NCBI GenBank assembly: GCA_963741955.1
Contig: CAVUKB010000006.1
Location: forward strand, 480,002 to 544,001
Length of the DNA: 64,000 bases
Source of the DNA: an uncultured Acidobacteriota bacterium
GTDB lineage: Bacteria; Acidobacteriota; Thermoanaerobaculia; Gp7-AA8
Direction: 5' to 3'
Under the pieces are notes generated by a model. The model was not told where the DNA came from, made no database searches, and saw only the letters and a program-made list of their open reading frames with translations. Position numbers and translations under genes: made by a program. Positions 18,676 to 28,880 of the stretch are shown here, piece after piece. Positions within the stretch are counted from its first letter, which is position 1, and the number at the start of each line of letters is the position of its first letter.

Positions 18676-19599
18676 AGCTGCCTCCCCCGCCCACGCATAC
18701 GTCTCCCGCAGCCCCTCCTCGAGTCCCACCCGCGGCGTCCATCCCAGCGCGCGGATGCGCGAGACGTCCAGCAGCTTCCGCGGCGTCCCGTCCGGCTTCG
18801 ACGGATCGTACTCGATCGCTCCCTCGAATCCGGTGACGCCCTTCATCAGCTCCGCGAGCTCCGCGATCGTCACGTCCTCTCCCGTACCGACGTTGATCGT
18901 CTGCGGCTGTTCGTAAACGTCCATCAACAAAATGCACGCCGCCGCAAGGTCGTCCACGTGGAGGAACTCGCGCCGCGGCGTCCCCGTCCCCCACACCGTC
19001 ACCGAGCTCGCTCCGGCGCGCTTCGCCTCGTGAAAGCGGCGCATCATCCCGGGGATGACGTGCGACGCGGTCGGGTGGAAGTTGTCGCCCGGCCCGTAGA
19101 GGTTCGTCGGCATTGCGGAGATGAATCGCTTCCCCTGCTGGGTGTTGTACTTCTCGCAGAGCTTCAGCCCCGCGATCTTCGCGATCGCGTACGCCTCGTT
19201 CGTCTCCTCGAGCGGCCCGGTGAGGAGCGACTCTTCGCGGATCGGCTGCGGCGCCATGCGCGGGTAGATGCAGGACGACCCGAGGAAGAGGAGCTTCTCG
19301 ACCCCGTTCTCCGCCGCCGCGTGGATCACGTTCGTCGCGAGAACCAGGTTCTGGTAGAGGAACTCCGCCTGCTGCGTCGCATTCGCCTGAATCCCCCCCA
19401 CCTTCGCCGCCGCCATCACCACATACCCCGGCCGCTCCTCGGCGAAGAACCGCTGCACCGCGCCCTGGTCCAGCAGATCCAGCTCGTCGCGCGTGCGGAG
19501 GAGGAGATTCGAATACCCCTCGGCCTGCAACCGGCGCACGATCGCCGATCCCACCAGGCCACCGTGGCCGGCGACGAAAATCTTGTCAGACGCTCTCAT
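18667..19599 (-). CDS. fcl: GDP-L-fucose synthase
   Basis: [79 protein letters not shown]. Confidence 0.97.
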   Translation of the reverse strand: MRASDKIFVAGHGGLVGSAIVRRLQAEGYSNLLLRTRDELDLLDQGAVQRFFAEERPGYVVMAAAKVGGIQANATQQAEFLYQNLVLATNVIHAAAENGVEKLLFLGSSCIYPRMAPQPIREESLLTGPLEETNEAYAIAKIAGLKLCEKYNTQQGKRFISAMPTNLYGPGDNFHPTASHVIPGMMRRFHEAKRAGASSVTVWGTGTPRREFLHVDDLAAACILLMDVYEQPQTINVGTGEDVTIAELAELMKGVTGFEGAIEYDPSKPDGTPRKLLDVSRIRALGWTPRVGLEEGLRETYAWAGEAAVI

Positions 19600-19693
19600 T
19601 TACGCTCTCGTTCGGATGTTTGAAGTCGGAAGTCGGATGTCGAAAGTGACGCGCCAGGTTCAGACGCGAAGTGTTCGGCAGCAGCAGACAATC

Positions 19694-21620
19694 CCCCCAG
19701 CCCGAAGGGCGGCACTTCCGTTCAGCCCCCGCCGTCAGGCGGGCGAAAGCGCGCCCCGCACAAGATTGTGTGAGCCCGAAGGGCGGCACAGGTTCTTCCC
19801 GAACCACCCGATTCCGAGGTACGATCGCGATCGGGACTTGCGCATGGCCGCTGGAAATGTCGTATACATCATTGCTCATGCACGTGGTCTTCGCCACGAA
19901 GTCCCGTCACCGCTGGATCCACCCCGAGATTGAGTTTCGCCTCCACCGTTTCGTGCAGGGCATCGTACGCAACGTCGGCGCGACATGCATCGCGGTGGGA
20001 GGCTTTGACGACCATCTCCACATCATCGCCGACCTCCCCGGCAAACTCTCGGTCGCGGAATTCGCAGGAAAGGTGAAGGCAAATTCTTCGCGATTCGCGC
20101 ACGACTCCCTCGACGTTTCCCGGGAGCATGGATGGCAGAAAGGCTACTCCGCGTTCTCCGTCAGCCGCTCCAATCTCGACCGGGTCGTGCATTACGTCCG
20201 CAGTCAACGGGAGCACCATCAGCGGATCGACTTCGACGCCGAATTGCGAAAACTGCTCGACGCTCATGAGATCACCTACGACGGCGGGTAAGTGGTGTCG
20301 CCCCCTCACGGGGGCTCACACTTCATTTCCCGGCTCCCGCGAACCTCCGCCTGACGGCGGAGGCTAAACGAAAGTAGCGCCCTTCGGGCTGTCCGACGAG
20401 TCCGAAGGAACGGCGATCAGGTTCGGAGCGCTTCGTCGCCAACCGTTCGAATTTCTGATCCATGCGCGATCAGCCGATCCCCCCAGCCCGAAGGGCGGCA
20501 CTGCCGTTTAGCCCCCGCCGTCAGGCGGGGGGAAAGCGCGCCCCTGCAGAAATTGTGTGAGCCCGAAGGGCGGCACTCCTTCGAATTTCGAATCTGCTCC
20601 GTCGTGCCGCCCCCTCTCGGGGGCTCACACTTCATTTCCCGGCTCTCGGAACCTCCGCCTGACGGCGGAGGCTAAACGAACGTGGCGCCCTTCGGGCTGT
20701 CCGAGGAGTCCGAAGGAACGGCGATCAGGTTCGGAGCTTCGTGGCCAACCGTTCGAATTTCTGATCCATGCGCGATCGGCCGATCCCCCCAGCCCGAAGG
20801 GCGTCACTTTCGTTTAGCCCCCGCCGTCAGGCGGGGGAAAGCGCGCCCCGCACAAAATTGTGTGAGCCCGAAGGGCGGCACTCCTTCGAATTTCGAATCT
20901 GTTCCGTCGTGGTGTCGCCCCCTCGCGGGGGCTCACACTTCATTTCCCGGCTCTCCGAACCTCCGCCTGACGGCGGAGGCTAAACGAAAGTAGCGCCCTT
21001 CGGGCTGTCCGAGGAGTCCGAAGGAACGGCGATCAGGTTCGGAGCTTCGTGGCCAACCGTTCGAATTGCTGATCCACCCGCGATCGGCCGATCCCCCCAG
21101 CCCGCAGGGCGTCACTTTCGTTTAGCCCCCGCCGTCAGGCGGGGGGAAAGCGCGCCCCGCACAAAATTGTGTGAGCCCGAAGGGCGGCACTTCTTCGAAT
21201 TTTGAATCTGCTCGGACGTCTCGCCCCCTCACGGGGGCTCACACTGTTACTGCACCGTCCGCGAACCTCCGCCTGACGGCGGAGGCTAAACGAACGTGGC
21301 GCCCTTCGGGCTGTCCGAGGAGTCCGAAGGAACGGCGATCAGGTTCGGAGCTTCGTGGCCAACCGTTCGAATTTCTGATCCATGCGCGATCAGCCGATCC
21401 CCCCAGCCCGAAGGGCGTCACTTTCGTTTAGCCCCCGCCGTCAGGCGGGGGAAAGCGCGCCCCGCACAAAATTGTATGAGCCCGAAGGGCGGCACTCCTT
21501 CGAATTTCGAATCTGTTCCGTCGTGTGCCGCCCCCTCGCGGGGGCTCACACTTCAGTTCCCGGCTCTCGGAACCTCCGCCTGACGGCGGAGGCTAAACGA
21601 ACGTGGCGCCCTTCGGGCTG
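19694..21620. repeat. REP/BIME-like array (family A: GCCCGAAGGGC + GCCCCCGCCGTCAGGCGGGGG hairpins), unit about 308 bp
   Basis: Inverted copies flank the Y1 transposase. Alternating orientations then repeat about 4.5 times (ACCTCCGCCTGACGGCGGAGGCTAAACGAA at about 20343, 20651, 20959, 21265 and 21572). Confidence 0.92.
19857..20291 (+). CDS. IS200/IS605-type Y1 (HUH) transposase, RAYT-like (REP-associated)
   Basis: MSYTSLLMHVVFATKSR, DHLH (HUH), KANSS, WQKGYSAFSVS, HYVRSQREHH. There is no tnpB, and it is flanked by inverted REPs. Confidence 0.92.
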   Translation: MSYTSLLMHVVFATKSRHRWIHPEIEFRLHRFVQGIVRNVGATCIAVGGFDDHLHIIADLPGKLSVAEFAGKVKANSSRFAHDSLDVSREHGWQKGYSAFSVSRSNLDRVVHYVRSQREHHQRIDFDAELRKLLDAHEITYDGG

Positions 21621-21678
21621 TCCGAGGAGCTCCCGCAAGCACCCGCGCGCGCAAATGCAAAGCCGCTCACCGTGAGAG

Positions 21679-23328
21679 TCAGGGCAAATCCTCCGCGCGC
21701 AACACCCGCGCCGGCGCCTTCGCTCGCACCGTCGCCTCCACCAACTCAACGAATCTCGCCACACTCTTCTCGCGCGTGAACCGCGCCTCGAACAGCGCGC
21801 GCGCGTTCCGTCCTTCCTCCGCGCAGCGCTCAGGCGAGCCCGCGTACTCGAGAATCGCGCTCATGGTTCCTTCCACGTCTCCGTTCGCCACCCTCGTTCC
21901 GCACCGTCCCGCGGCGAGGATGTCGTGCACTTCGCCCACGGCGGGGCCGACGTACAGCGTCGGCCGTCCGGCCGACAGGATGCCGTAGATCTTCGACGGC
22001 ACCAGGAGTCCGGGGATCCGCTCGCGCAGCGTCACCAGATGAAGGTCGGCCGACCGGAGGCTCGCGCCCAGCTCCTCCCGCGCGACGTACCCGCGGATCT
22101 CCACGTTCGCCAACCCCATCTCCTCGACCCGCTTTCGTACCTCGGGCATCCGCGGCCCACCGCCCGCAAACACGAACCGAACCGATCTCGAGACTCCGGC
22201 GCCGTGGGGTGCGGATCCTCCGATCCGCCGGGAGGTCTCTGTTCGAAGCGCATCGAGACGACCCCCGTCATTCGAAGATGGTTCTCCTGACGTCGTTTCG
22301 CAGCTGGAGGATCGTGGATCCGCCAGTCGCTGCGCAGCAGCGAGGATCGTCTCGAACTCGTGCGCCATCCCGAGGTTCCCTGAATACATCACGGTGAAGC
22401 ATTTCGGATTTCGGATTTCGGATTTCGGATTTGCAGACCCGGCCCCATTCGCGACCTCGGCTCCGTTCTCCGTCCCCTCACCAGACTCACCCTGATTGAC
22501 GCGAGCGGTTCCATCGCCCGAATCCGAATTCCGAAATCCGAAATCCGAAACCCCCCCCAGGTCCGGACTCCAGTTGTGCACCACTTCCACTCTCGTGGCT
22601 CCTGCATCATGAAGCCGCGCGGCCATCGTCTCGCCGAGGGCGATCACGAGATCGGCGGAGCGGTGGAGGAGGCGCGCGGTCTTCCTCAGCGCCCATCCGA
22701 GAGGGGATCGCGGGGAGACGGCGCCGAGCTCGAACGCGACGTCGGGGTAGACGTCCATCGACCAGAAGACGACGGGGAAGCGGCGGATGCGGCCGGCCAG
22801 GACGGCGGCGAGCGCGATGAAGGGAGGCGTCGTCAGGGCGACGACGACGTCGGGGCGGCGGTCAGACCCGGATGCTGGACGGAATTTCGTCGCGAGGAGC
22901 GCGAGACGGGTCCGGATGCCAGGAAGACGGCGATCTCGCGACGAGGCGTAGGCGGCCTTACGTTGAGGAGCGAGATCGTCGTCTGACGCCGCAGACGGGC
23001 CCGTATCGCGCTCCGCAGCAGAAATCCCGTCCAGCATCCGGGTCAAGACGAGGCGTGCGAGCGCGCCGAAGTAGAACGAGACGTAGTCGACGGCGCGTCC
23101 GGCTTTGGAGGTGCGGCCGAATGCAGTGGTGCCGGCGCGGAGGATGTGGACGCCACGGAGCGTCTCGCGGCGCGGATAGCGGCGGGAGGGATCGGCATAC
23201 GAGCGGTCGCCGCAGATCGCGGTGACGTCGTGTCCTGCTGCGACGAGCCCTTCCCCCAGATCGCTCAGGACCTGCGCCGTCGCCGCTTCATCCGGCGCGT
23301 AATACTGATTGAGGAGCGTGACGCGCAT
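21679..23328 (-). CDS. Glycosyltransferase family 4 (WcaI/WbuB-like) with three in-frame insertions
   Basis: LLNQYYAPD.AAT, PDVVVALTTPPF, WSMDVYPD, VMYSGNLGMAH, VPSKIYGILSAGRP. At 549 aa it is much longer than the roughly 400 aa typical of the family. Confidence 0.9.
   Translation of the reverse strand: MRVTLLNQYYAPDEAATAQVLSDLGEGLVAAGHDVTAICGDRSYADPSRRYPRRETLRGVHILRAGTTAFGRTSKAGRAVDYVSFYFGALARLVLTRMLDGISAAERDTGPSAASDDDLAPQRKAAYASSRDRRLPGIRTRLALLATKFRPASGSDRRPDVVVALTTPPFIALAAVLAGRIRRFPVVFWSMDVYPDVAFELGAVSPRSPLGWALRKTARLLHRSADLVIALGETMAARLHDAGATRVEVVHNWSPDLGGVSDFGFRNSDSGDGTARVNQGESGEGTENGAEVANGAGSANPKSEIRNPKCFTVMYSGNLGMAHEFETILAAAQRLADPRSSSCETTSGEPSSNDGGRLDALRTETSRRIGGSAPHGAGVSRSVRFVFAGGGPRMPEVRKRVEEMGLANVEIRGYVAREELGASLRSADLHLVTLRERIPGLLVPSKIYGILSAGRPTLYVGPAVGEVHDILAAGRCGTRVANGDVEGTMSAILEYAGSPERCAEEGRNARALFEARFTREKSVARFVELVEATVRAKAPARVLRAEDLP
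22865..23044. mobile_element. MITE-like 180-bp element with 24-bp terminal inverted repeats, in frame within the GT4 gene
   Basis: GACCCGGATGCTGGACGGAATTTC (22865-22888) and GAAATCCCGTCCAGCATCCGGGTC (23021-23044) differ by 1 mismatch. The length is a multiple of 3. Confidence 0.7.
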
Positions 23329-23337
23329 GCATTCAGG

Positions 23338-24006
23338 TCAGGAGGCTTTCCCGATCTCTCGCGAGCTCTTCTTGCGCGCGACAATGACCATCGACTTCCA
23401 GAGGTAGGGAAGGCGCCCTACACCCGCAAACCGGACGACCTCAAATCCCTGTTCTTCCAGGATCTTCGTCAATGTCGACTTCGACCAGAACTTGATATGA
23501 CCCCCATCCCACAACGCGGTGAAGTGACGGTCCAGGGCTCCCGAGATAGCCATCACGAGGTTCTTGGCGTAGCCGTGATACGGCGTCGAGAGAACCAGAA
23601 CCCCGTCATCGTCCAGGGCTTCGTATGTTCGAGCGAGGAACATACGCGGGTCATAGAGATGTTCGAGGACTTCCAGCGACACGACGGCGTCGAAGGACGG
23701 CTTTCCGAAAGCCTGGCGCAGATCGTCGTAGATCGATCCGGAACGAAATTCGATCGCCTCTTCAGACGTCCGCGCGAGATCGATTCCGGTTTCGGAAGCG
23801 TCGATGGCTGCGACGACGAACCCGGCCCGCGCGAGTTCCCTTGCGAACCAGCCGTTTCCGCAGCCTGCGTCCAGAATGAGAGACCCGGGTTCCGTATGCG
23901 CTCTGATGAGGGCCAGCACTCGATCCTGCAGATAGGCGGATGTGTGGCTCGCAGCAGACGAACTGTAGCGGTACTCGACGTGCCCCTCAACAGAGTTGTT
24001 ACTCAC
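23338..24006 (-). CDS. Class I SAM-dependent methyltransferase
   Basis: ILDAGCGNG, FDAVVSLEVLEHLYDP, STPYHGYAKNL, WDGGHIKFWS. Confidence 0.92.
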   Translation of the reverse strand: MSNNSVEGHVEYRYSSSAASHTSAYLQDRVLALIRAHTEPGSLILDAGCGNGWFARELARAGFVVAAIDASETGIDLARTSEEAIEFRSGSIYDDLRQAFGKPSFDAVVSLEVLEHLYDPRMFLARTYEALDDDGVLVLSTPYHGYAKNLVMAISGALDRHFTALWDGGHIKFWSKSTLTKILEEQGFEVVRFAGVGRLPYLWKSMVIVARKKSSREIGKAS

Positions 24007-24030
24007 GCGTTTCTCAGATCCGTGACTTTC

Positions 24031-24470
24031 CTACGGCTCGATGCGCTCCACCACCCAGTCGCCCATCACCAGCCGGTGCATCCGCGTTCGGAGGAAGCAG
24101 TTCAGTGCTTCCGCCGGCGTGTTCACGATCGGCTCGTTCTCGTTGAACGACGTGTTGAGCACGACCGGAACGCCGGTCTGCTCTTCGAACGACTTGATCA
24201 GCTGCCAGTAGCGCGGATTGTGCTTCTTCGAGACCGTCTGCAGACGCCCCGTTCCGTCGACGTGCGTCACTGCGGGGATCTCGCTCCTCTTCTCAGGACG
24301 CACCGGGTAGACCTTGATCATGAACGGATCGGGGTAGGAGATCGTGAAGTAGTCGCCGGTCCGCTCCTCCAGGATCGAAGGAGCGAAAGGGCGGAACGGC
24401 TCCCGCCTCTTGATGCGCGAGTTGAGGACGTCCTTCATTTCAGCTCGGCGCGGATCGACCACGATCTGCC
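24031..24470 (-). pseudogene. C-terminal fragment of a NodU/CmcH-family carbamoyltransferase
   Basis: IVVDPRRAEMKDVLNSRIKRREPFRPFAPS, PAVTHVDGTGRLQTV, GVPVVLNTSFNENEPIV. The long N-terminal domain and the GPRALG motif are absent. Confidence 0.85.
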
Positions 24471-24542
24471 AACCCGAATCCATTGCACGAACCTGTCTCC
24501 GCCTGCCGGTGAACCGGTGACGCGCCAGGAACTTTAGCGTGC

Positions 24543-25406
24543 TCAGCGTACGACGTCTCCGCCGCACGCCGGTTGTACGTCGTCGTCCGCTACCAAGATC
24601 TCACACGACCGTCGTAGCTCCCGCACCTTCATATCGATCATCGCTTCGTAAATCGACATGAGCCGCGAGTATTCATATCCGGCGCGACCATCGAGAAAAC
24701 CTCTCCTCAATACATACATGTACGCGAAGCGAAGGAACGGCCGGAACGGCAAATGAAATCCGAGCGCCTTCAGCGCGCGCCGGCGCAGTGGCGCGTCGCG
24801 CGCTACCAGCTGCGACAGTCGCGGCCAACCAACGACGGTCGCGTGCCGCGCCTCGTCGGTCGAATATCGGTTGTGCCGTTCGAACCAGTCGCTGAGTCCT
24901 TTCGAGAAAAAGTAGTGAAGATAGTTGTTGCGAAGCGTCGCTAGCCGCTGACCCTCGCCTTCCCGCTGCCCATGACCGACCTGCTCGAAGCGGAAGCCGT
25001 CCCTTCGCGTCAGCCGCACCTGGTGGACCGGAAACATCCCCGAGTGCTTCAGCCACTTCTCGCCCATCATCATCCGGCCGGCGATCCGATAGCCGTCGAT
25101 CGCCGGATCGTTCCCGAGCGCGGCGATTTCGTCGCGCAGCTGCGGCATGACGACCTCGTCGGCATCGAGGTGCAGCACCCAGTCGTGACGCAGGCCGCAC
25201 TCCCGCAATCCGAAGTTTCGTTGGTTGGCAAAGTCGATGAACTCTCGCTGCACCACGCGCGCGCCGAGACGCGTCGCGATTTCAACTGTCCGGTCGCTGC
25301 TGAACGAATCGACGACGACGACGTCGTCGGACCACGAGAGCGCGTCGAGGCAACGCCCGATGTTTTGCTCCTCGTTGAGCGTGAGGATCAGCACGGAAAC
25401 CTTCAT
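24543..25406 (-). CDS. Glycosyltransferase family 2 (KdtX/beta-1,4-glucosyltransferase-like)
   Basis: MKVSVLILTLNEE.NI, VVDSFSSDRT, QRNFGL, WVLHLDADE, GFLDG.AG. Confidence 0.92.
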   Translation of the reverse strand: MKVSVLILTLNEEQNIGRCLDALSWSDDVVVVDSFSSDRTVEIATRLGARVVQREFIDFANQRNFGLRECGLRHDWVLHLDADEVVMPQLRDEIAALGNDPAIDGYRIAGRMMMGEKWLKHSGMFPVHQVRLTRRDGFRFEQVGHGQREGEGQRLATLRNNYLHYFFSKGLSDWFERHNRYSTDEARHATVVGWPRLSQLVARDAPLRRRALKALGFHLPFRPFLRFAYMYVLRRGFLDGRAGYEYSRLMSIYEAMIDMKVRELRRSCEILVADDDVQPACGGDVVR

Positions 25407-25957
25407 CGAAGACGCGGCCGCTCCTTCTGCTTTTCCGCCGGATTGCCGGCGTAGATCGTCCATGGGTCGAGATCGCGAAACGCGACTGCGCACGCCGCGA
25501 GGATCGTCCCCTCTCCGACCGTCACGCCGGGACCTACGAACGCACGCGCGCAGATCCAGGCGTCATCGCCGATCGCGATCGGCGGCGTCACGAGCGGCAT
25601 CGCCGCCGTCCGGTAGTCATGTGTTCCCGCGCAGAGGTAAGCCTCCTGACTCACGGTCACGCGGTCGCCGATGGTGATCGCGCCGAGGTTGTAGACGGTT
25701 GCTCCGTCGCCGAGAGAGGAGACGCTGCCGAGGGTGAGCTTCCACGGGTAGTAGACGGTGGAGGTTCTCCGGATCGTACAGTGATGACCGACGGTCGCGC
25801 CGAAGCGGCGGAGGAGGAACGCCCGCCAGCGGTTCGCGGTGTGCAGCGAACAGCGGAAGAGCGTCGACTGGACGAGCGCCCAGACCGCACGCTTCAACTT
25901 TTCGCTCATCGGAACCGGTGACACGATGCGCCGGACGGCATCGTCGTGAGTGGTCAT
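25403..25957 (-). CDS. wcaF: Colanic-acid-type acetyltransferase (hexapeptide repeat)
   Basis: WRAFLLRRFGATVG, YYPWKLTLG, SQEAYLCAGTHDY, FVGPGVTVGEG, GNPA. Confidence 0.9.
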   Translation of the reverse strand: MTTHDDAVRRIVSPVPMSEKLKRAVWALVQSTLFRCSLHTANRWRAFLLRRFGATVGHHCTIRRTSTVYYPWKLTLGSVSSLGDGATVYNLGAITIGDRVTVSQEAYLCAGTHDYRTAAMPLVTPPIAIGDDAWICARAFVGPGVTVGEGTILAACAVAFRDLDPWTIYAGNPAEKQKERPRLR

Positions 25958-27051
25958 GCGGCGCCTCCTTCGATCAGCGAACGGTAGAGGGTCTCGAACT
26001 TTTCGGCGACCGACTCCCACGAGTAGCGCTCCGAGACGAGCGCGCGACCGCGCGCGCCCATCGCGCGAAGCTCCGAGACATCCGTACGGATCGCGGTACG
26101 CAGCGCCTCGGTGATCGCTTCCACGTTCGCGTCGACCCACCAGCCGCAGCGCTGCTCTTCGATCTCGCGCCACGGCGTCCCCTTCGTCGTGATCACCGGA
26201 ACTCCCGTTGCGAGCGCCTCGGCGATCGCCATCCCGAAGTTCTCGCTATAGCTCGGCAGGACGAACAGATGCGCACTCTGCAGCAGGCGCCACTTCTCTT
26301 CGTCGTCCACTTCGCCGCGCAGGTCGACGATGTCACCGGTGCCGGCGCGGGCGATCGACGACTCGAGCTCACGCCGTGACCCGGCGTCCGGACCGGCGAT
26401 CACGAACCGCCAGCCGGAGGTGCGAAGCTCAGCAGCCAGCACCTCGATCGCCGCAATCAATAGAGAGAGCCCTTTGATGGGATGGAGCCGCGCGATCACC
26501 ACGCCGCGGCGCTCGCCACCGAACGATGCTGCGGCGGCGGGAATGAGCGTGCCGTTCGGAATGGTCATGACGTTGTCGAATCCGCGTGCGCGCAGGTTCG
26601 TCTCTTCAGCGGCCGACGTTGCATGAATCATCGATGCGTGCAGCAGGTCGCCGCGCTGATACAGCCGCCACGCCAGAACTTTCTTCCACTTCCGGTGAGC
26701 GAATGCCGCCGGTTCGAGCATTCCTCGTGTCGAGACTACGACGGGAGTAGCGGTCGAATGGACGAAATTCTGCAGACGGTGAAGTGATGGACTCCAGATG
26801 CCGTGAAAATGAATGACATCGCGGGCGCGCAGGGAGAGGCGCGCGCCGCGTGATCTCCGGGAGTAGCTGACAACTTCGACACCACGCCGAATCGCTTCCG
26901 CTACCTGCTCCGATAAGGGTGCGGAGTCGGAAGAGTGCAGAATGAGATTCTCGAGACCGCGTCGCGACAGCGCGCTCGCAAGTCGAGGAACCGAACGGCT
27001 CGGACCTCCGTGGTCGGAACGAAGACTCCCGATGACGTGAACGATCTTCAC
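25954..27051 (-). CDS. Glycosyltransferase family 4
   Basis: GGPSRSV, STRGMLEP, RLHPIKG, LFVLPSYSENFGMAIAEALA.GVPVITT. Confidence 0.93.
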   Translation of the reverse strand: MKIVHVIGSLRSDHGGPSRSVPRLASALSRRGLENLILHSSDSAPLSEQVAEAIRRGVEVVSYSRRSRGARLSLRARDVIHFHGIWSPSLHRLQNFVHSTATPVVVSTRGMLEPAAFAHRKWKKVLAWRLYQRGDLLHASMIHATSAAEETNLRARGFDNVMTIPNGTLIPAAAASFGGERRGVVIARLHPIKGLSLLIAAIEVLAAELRTSGWRFVIAGPDAGSRRELESSIARAGTGDIVDLRGEVDDEEKWRLLQSAHLFVLPSYSENFGMAIAEALATGVPVITTKGTPWREIEEQRCGWWVDANVEAITEALRTAIRTDVSELRAMGARGRALVSERYSWESVAEKFETLYRSLIEGGAA

Positions 27052-28880
27052 GGTCGCGTTGCTGCCCGAGTTCCGTCAAGATGCCGCGCGACCGTGAGCA
27101 GGCGGAAGAAATCATTCGGCTGTGGCGCCCACTCTCGGCAGTCTCGATCCCACGGGTTTGCTCCCCAGGCCGCCGAAACGAGCGATCGGGTTTCATGGCT
27201 CGTCGTCTCCCACTGTTCTCGAAGGGATGAACTGTGGTCGAGGTACCAGGCGAGATTCGGCCAGGACCCGTCCGTCGACAGGCCGTCGGTGGGCGTCCGT
27301 CGTCTGCCCGGAATCCGCCTGCCGATCCACCCTGCCGCGAATCGCGCGAGTTTCGCGGTACGTCCCGCACCGACGCGCCAGCCGAAGTTCGCATCCTCGA
27401 TCTCACCTCCGCGTTTCGCGAGGCTGCGAACGACCCGGCCCCAGACTTCCGAATTGATCTTCCACTCCGCCCGCATTCGTGAGTAGCAGTCCGAAACCCG
27501 AATGTCCGCGAGAAAGGTGTCGTACGGAAAGGCTCGGTACATCACCTGCCCCGAGACCGAAACCGTGTAACAGGCTGGGCGGATGCGGCGATCTTCGACC
27601 AGCAGCCAGTCGCGATCCTCGGTCAAGTGAACGGGCGTGCCCGCAAACCACTCCTCACGACGGGCCGTGACCTCGTGTGCGTACGCCGCCGGAACCGGCC
27701 GCGGCACGTTGGGAAGAAATCCGTCCACCCGCTGCGACGTGAGAGTCTTGAGTGGAAGGTTGCGACCGAAAAGCCTCAGGTAGCGCTGCTCGAGCCCGTA
27801 TCCCTTGAAGAGCCAGTCGGTCGTGCACGCCGTGATCACGGTGCGGGCGCCGAGCCCGCGAACGAGCTCGCGCATGCCGATGAAATGATTGTCCTCCGCC
27901 GACCACATGCCGCCGGAGACTCGAACGCCCTCGGGCAGCCACCTCGGATAGTAGTCGTCGTCGCGCGCGAAGCCGACGTAGCGGCAGCCTGCCGCGTCGC
28001 AGAGCCGCTTCGCGATCGCCGCTTCGCGGTTTTCGACGTCATACAGATTGAGCCCGACGACGTTCGCTGGACGAGCGGCAGAGAAGAGAACCGCTCGCGA
28101 GTCCATTCCGCCGCTCGTAAACGAGACGACGGGCGCCAGGCGGTCGAGCGTCCGGATACGAACTGCAGCGGACACGGCGGCCGCCAGCTCCTCTGCGGCT
28201 TCTTCGATGTTGCGATAGTGCTCCGTCTCATACGGGCGCCAGTACTCGCTCCGTTCGAAACTTCCCGTTCGCAGATTCCACGTGCCGCGCGTTGCTGCTC
28301 CGATGTGTTTGATCTCTCTGTAGTAGGTATTCGGCGGCGTGACACGCCACGCGCTCAGAAACTCCGCAACGGAAACTTCGTCGCGTGACACGCTTGCAGC
28401 CGGATCGCCGGCGATCGCGTCGGGAAACGACGCGACGATGCACCGCTCGACGTCGTCGGCACGATAAGTAAACACCGGGTGGTAGCCGAAGCGATCGGAG
28501 ATCACGTACACTTCGCCGCTTTTGGGATCGATCACGATCAAGACCGCCGGTCCGTTCGGTGTCCCGACGCCGCCAACGCGGCCGTTCCTGTACCTCTCGA
28601 GAACCAAGCGATTGCTCAGTCCTCCCTCAAAGGGAAGCGATTCTGCACGCAGCCACTCCGATTCGTCGCACGAAACCCGGCCTGAACTTACGACCGTGAC
28701 GCCGGTGGCCGGATCGACCGCCGGACCAAAGAGGAAGGGGTCATCGTGACCGACCCACGCAACCGAGACCGACGATCTTTCGACGAACTGCACCGCCTCG
28801 TCGAAAAACCGAAGGCGTTCAGCGGCGGCTGTGAGTCGCGCGTGGTCCCGTCCGAAAAAGAGGTAGAAGCCCGCCATCAA
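27048..28880 (-). CDS. Asparagine synthase-related amidotransferase-like protein (divergent)
   Basis: ISDRFGYHPVF, YWRP and SGGMDSRAV (PP-loop). It lacks the N-terminal catalytic Cys. Confidence 0.8.
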   Translation of the reverse strand: MMAGFYLFFGRDHARLTAAAERLRFFDEAVQFVERSSVSVAWVGHDDPFLFGPAVDPATGVTVVSSGRVSCDESEWLRAESLPFEGGLSNRLVLERYRNGRVGGVGTPNGPAVLIVIDPKSGEVYVISDRFGYHPVFTYRADDVERCIVASFPDAIAGDPAASVSRDEVSVAEFLSAWRVTPPNTYYREIKHIGAATRGTWNLRTGSFERSEYWRPYETEHYRNIEEAAEELAAAVSAAVRIRTLDRLAPVVSFTSGGMDSRAVLFSAARPANVVGLNLYDVENREAAIAKRLCDAAGCRYVGFARDDDYYPRWLPEGVRVSGGMWSAEDNHFIGMRELVRGLGARTVITACTTDWLFKGYGLEQRYLRLFGRNLPLKTLTSQRVDGFLPNVPRPVPAAYAHEVTARREEWFAGTPVHLTEDRDWLLVEDRRIRPACYTVSVSGQVMYRAFPYDTFLADIRVSDCYSRMRAEWKINSEVWGRVVRSLAKRGGEIEDANFGWRVGAGRTAKLARFAAGWIGRRIPGRRRTPTDGLSTDGSWPNLAWYLDHSSSLREQWETTSHETRSLVSAAWGANPWDRDCREWAPQPNDFFRLLTVARHLDGTRAATRP

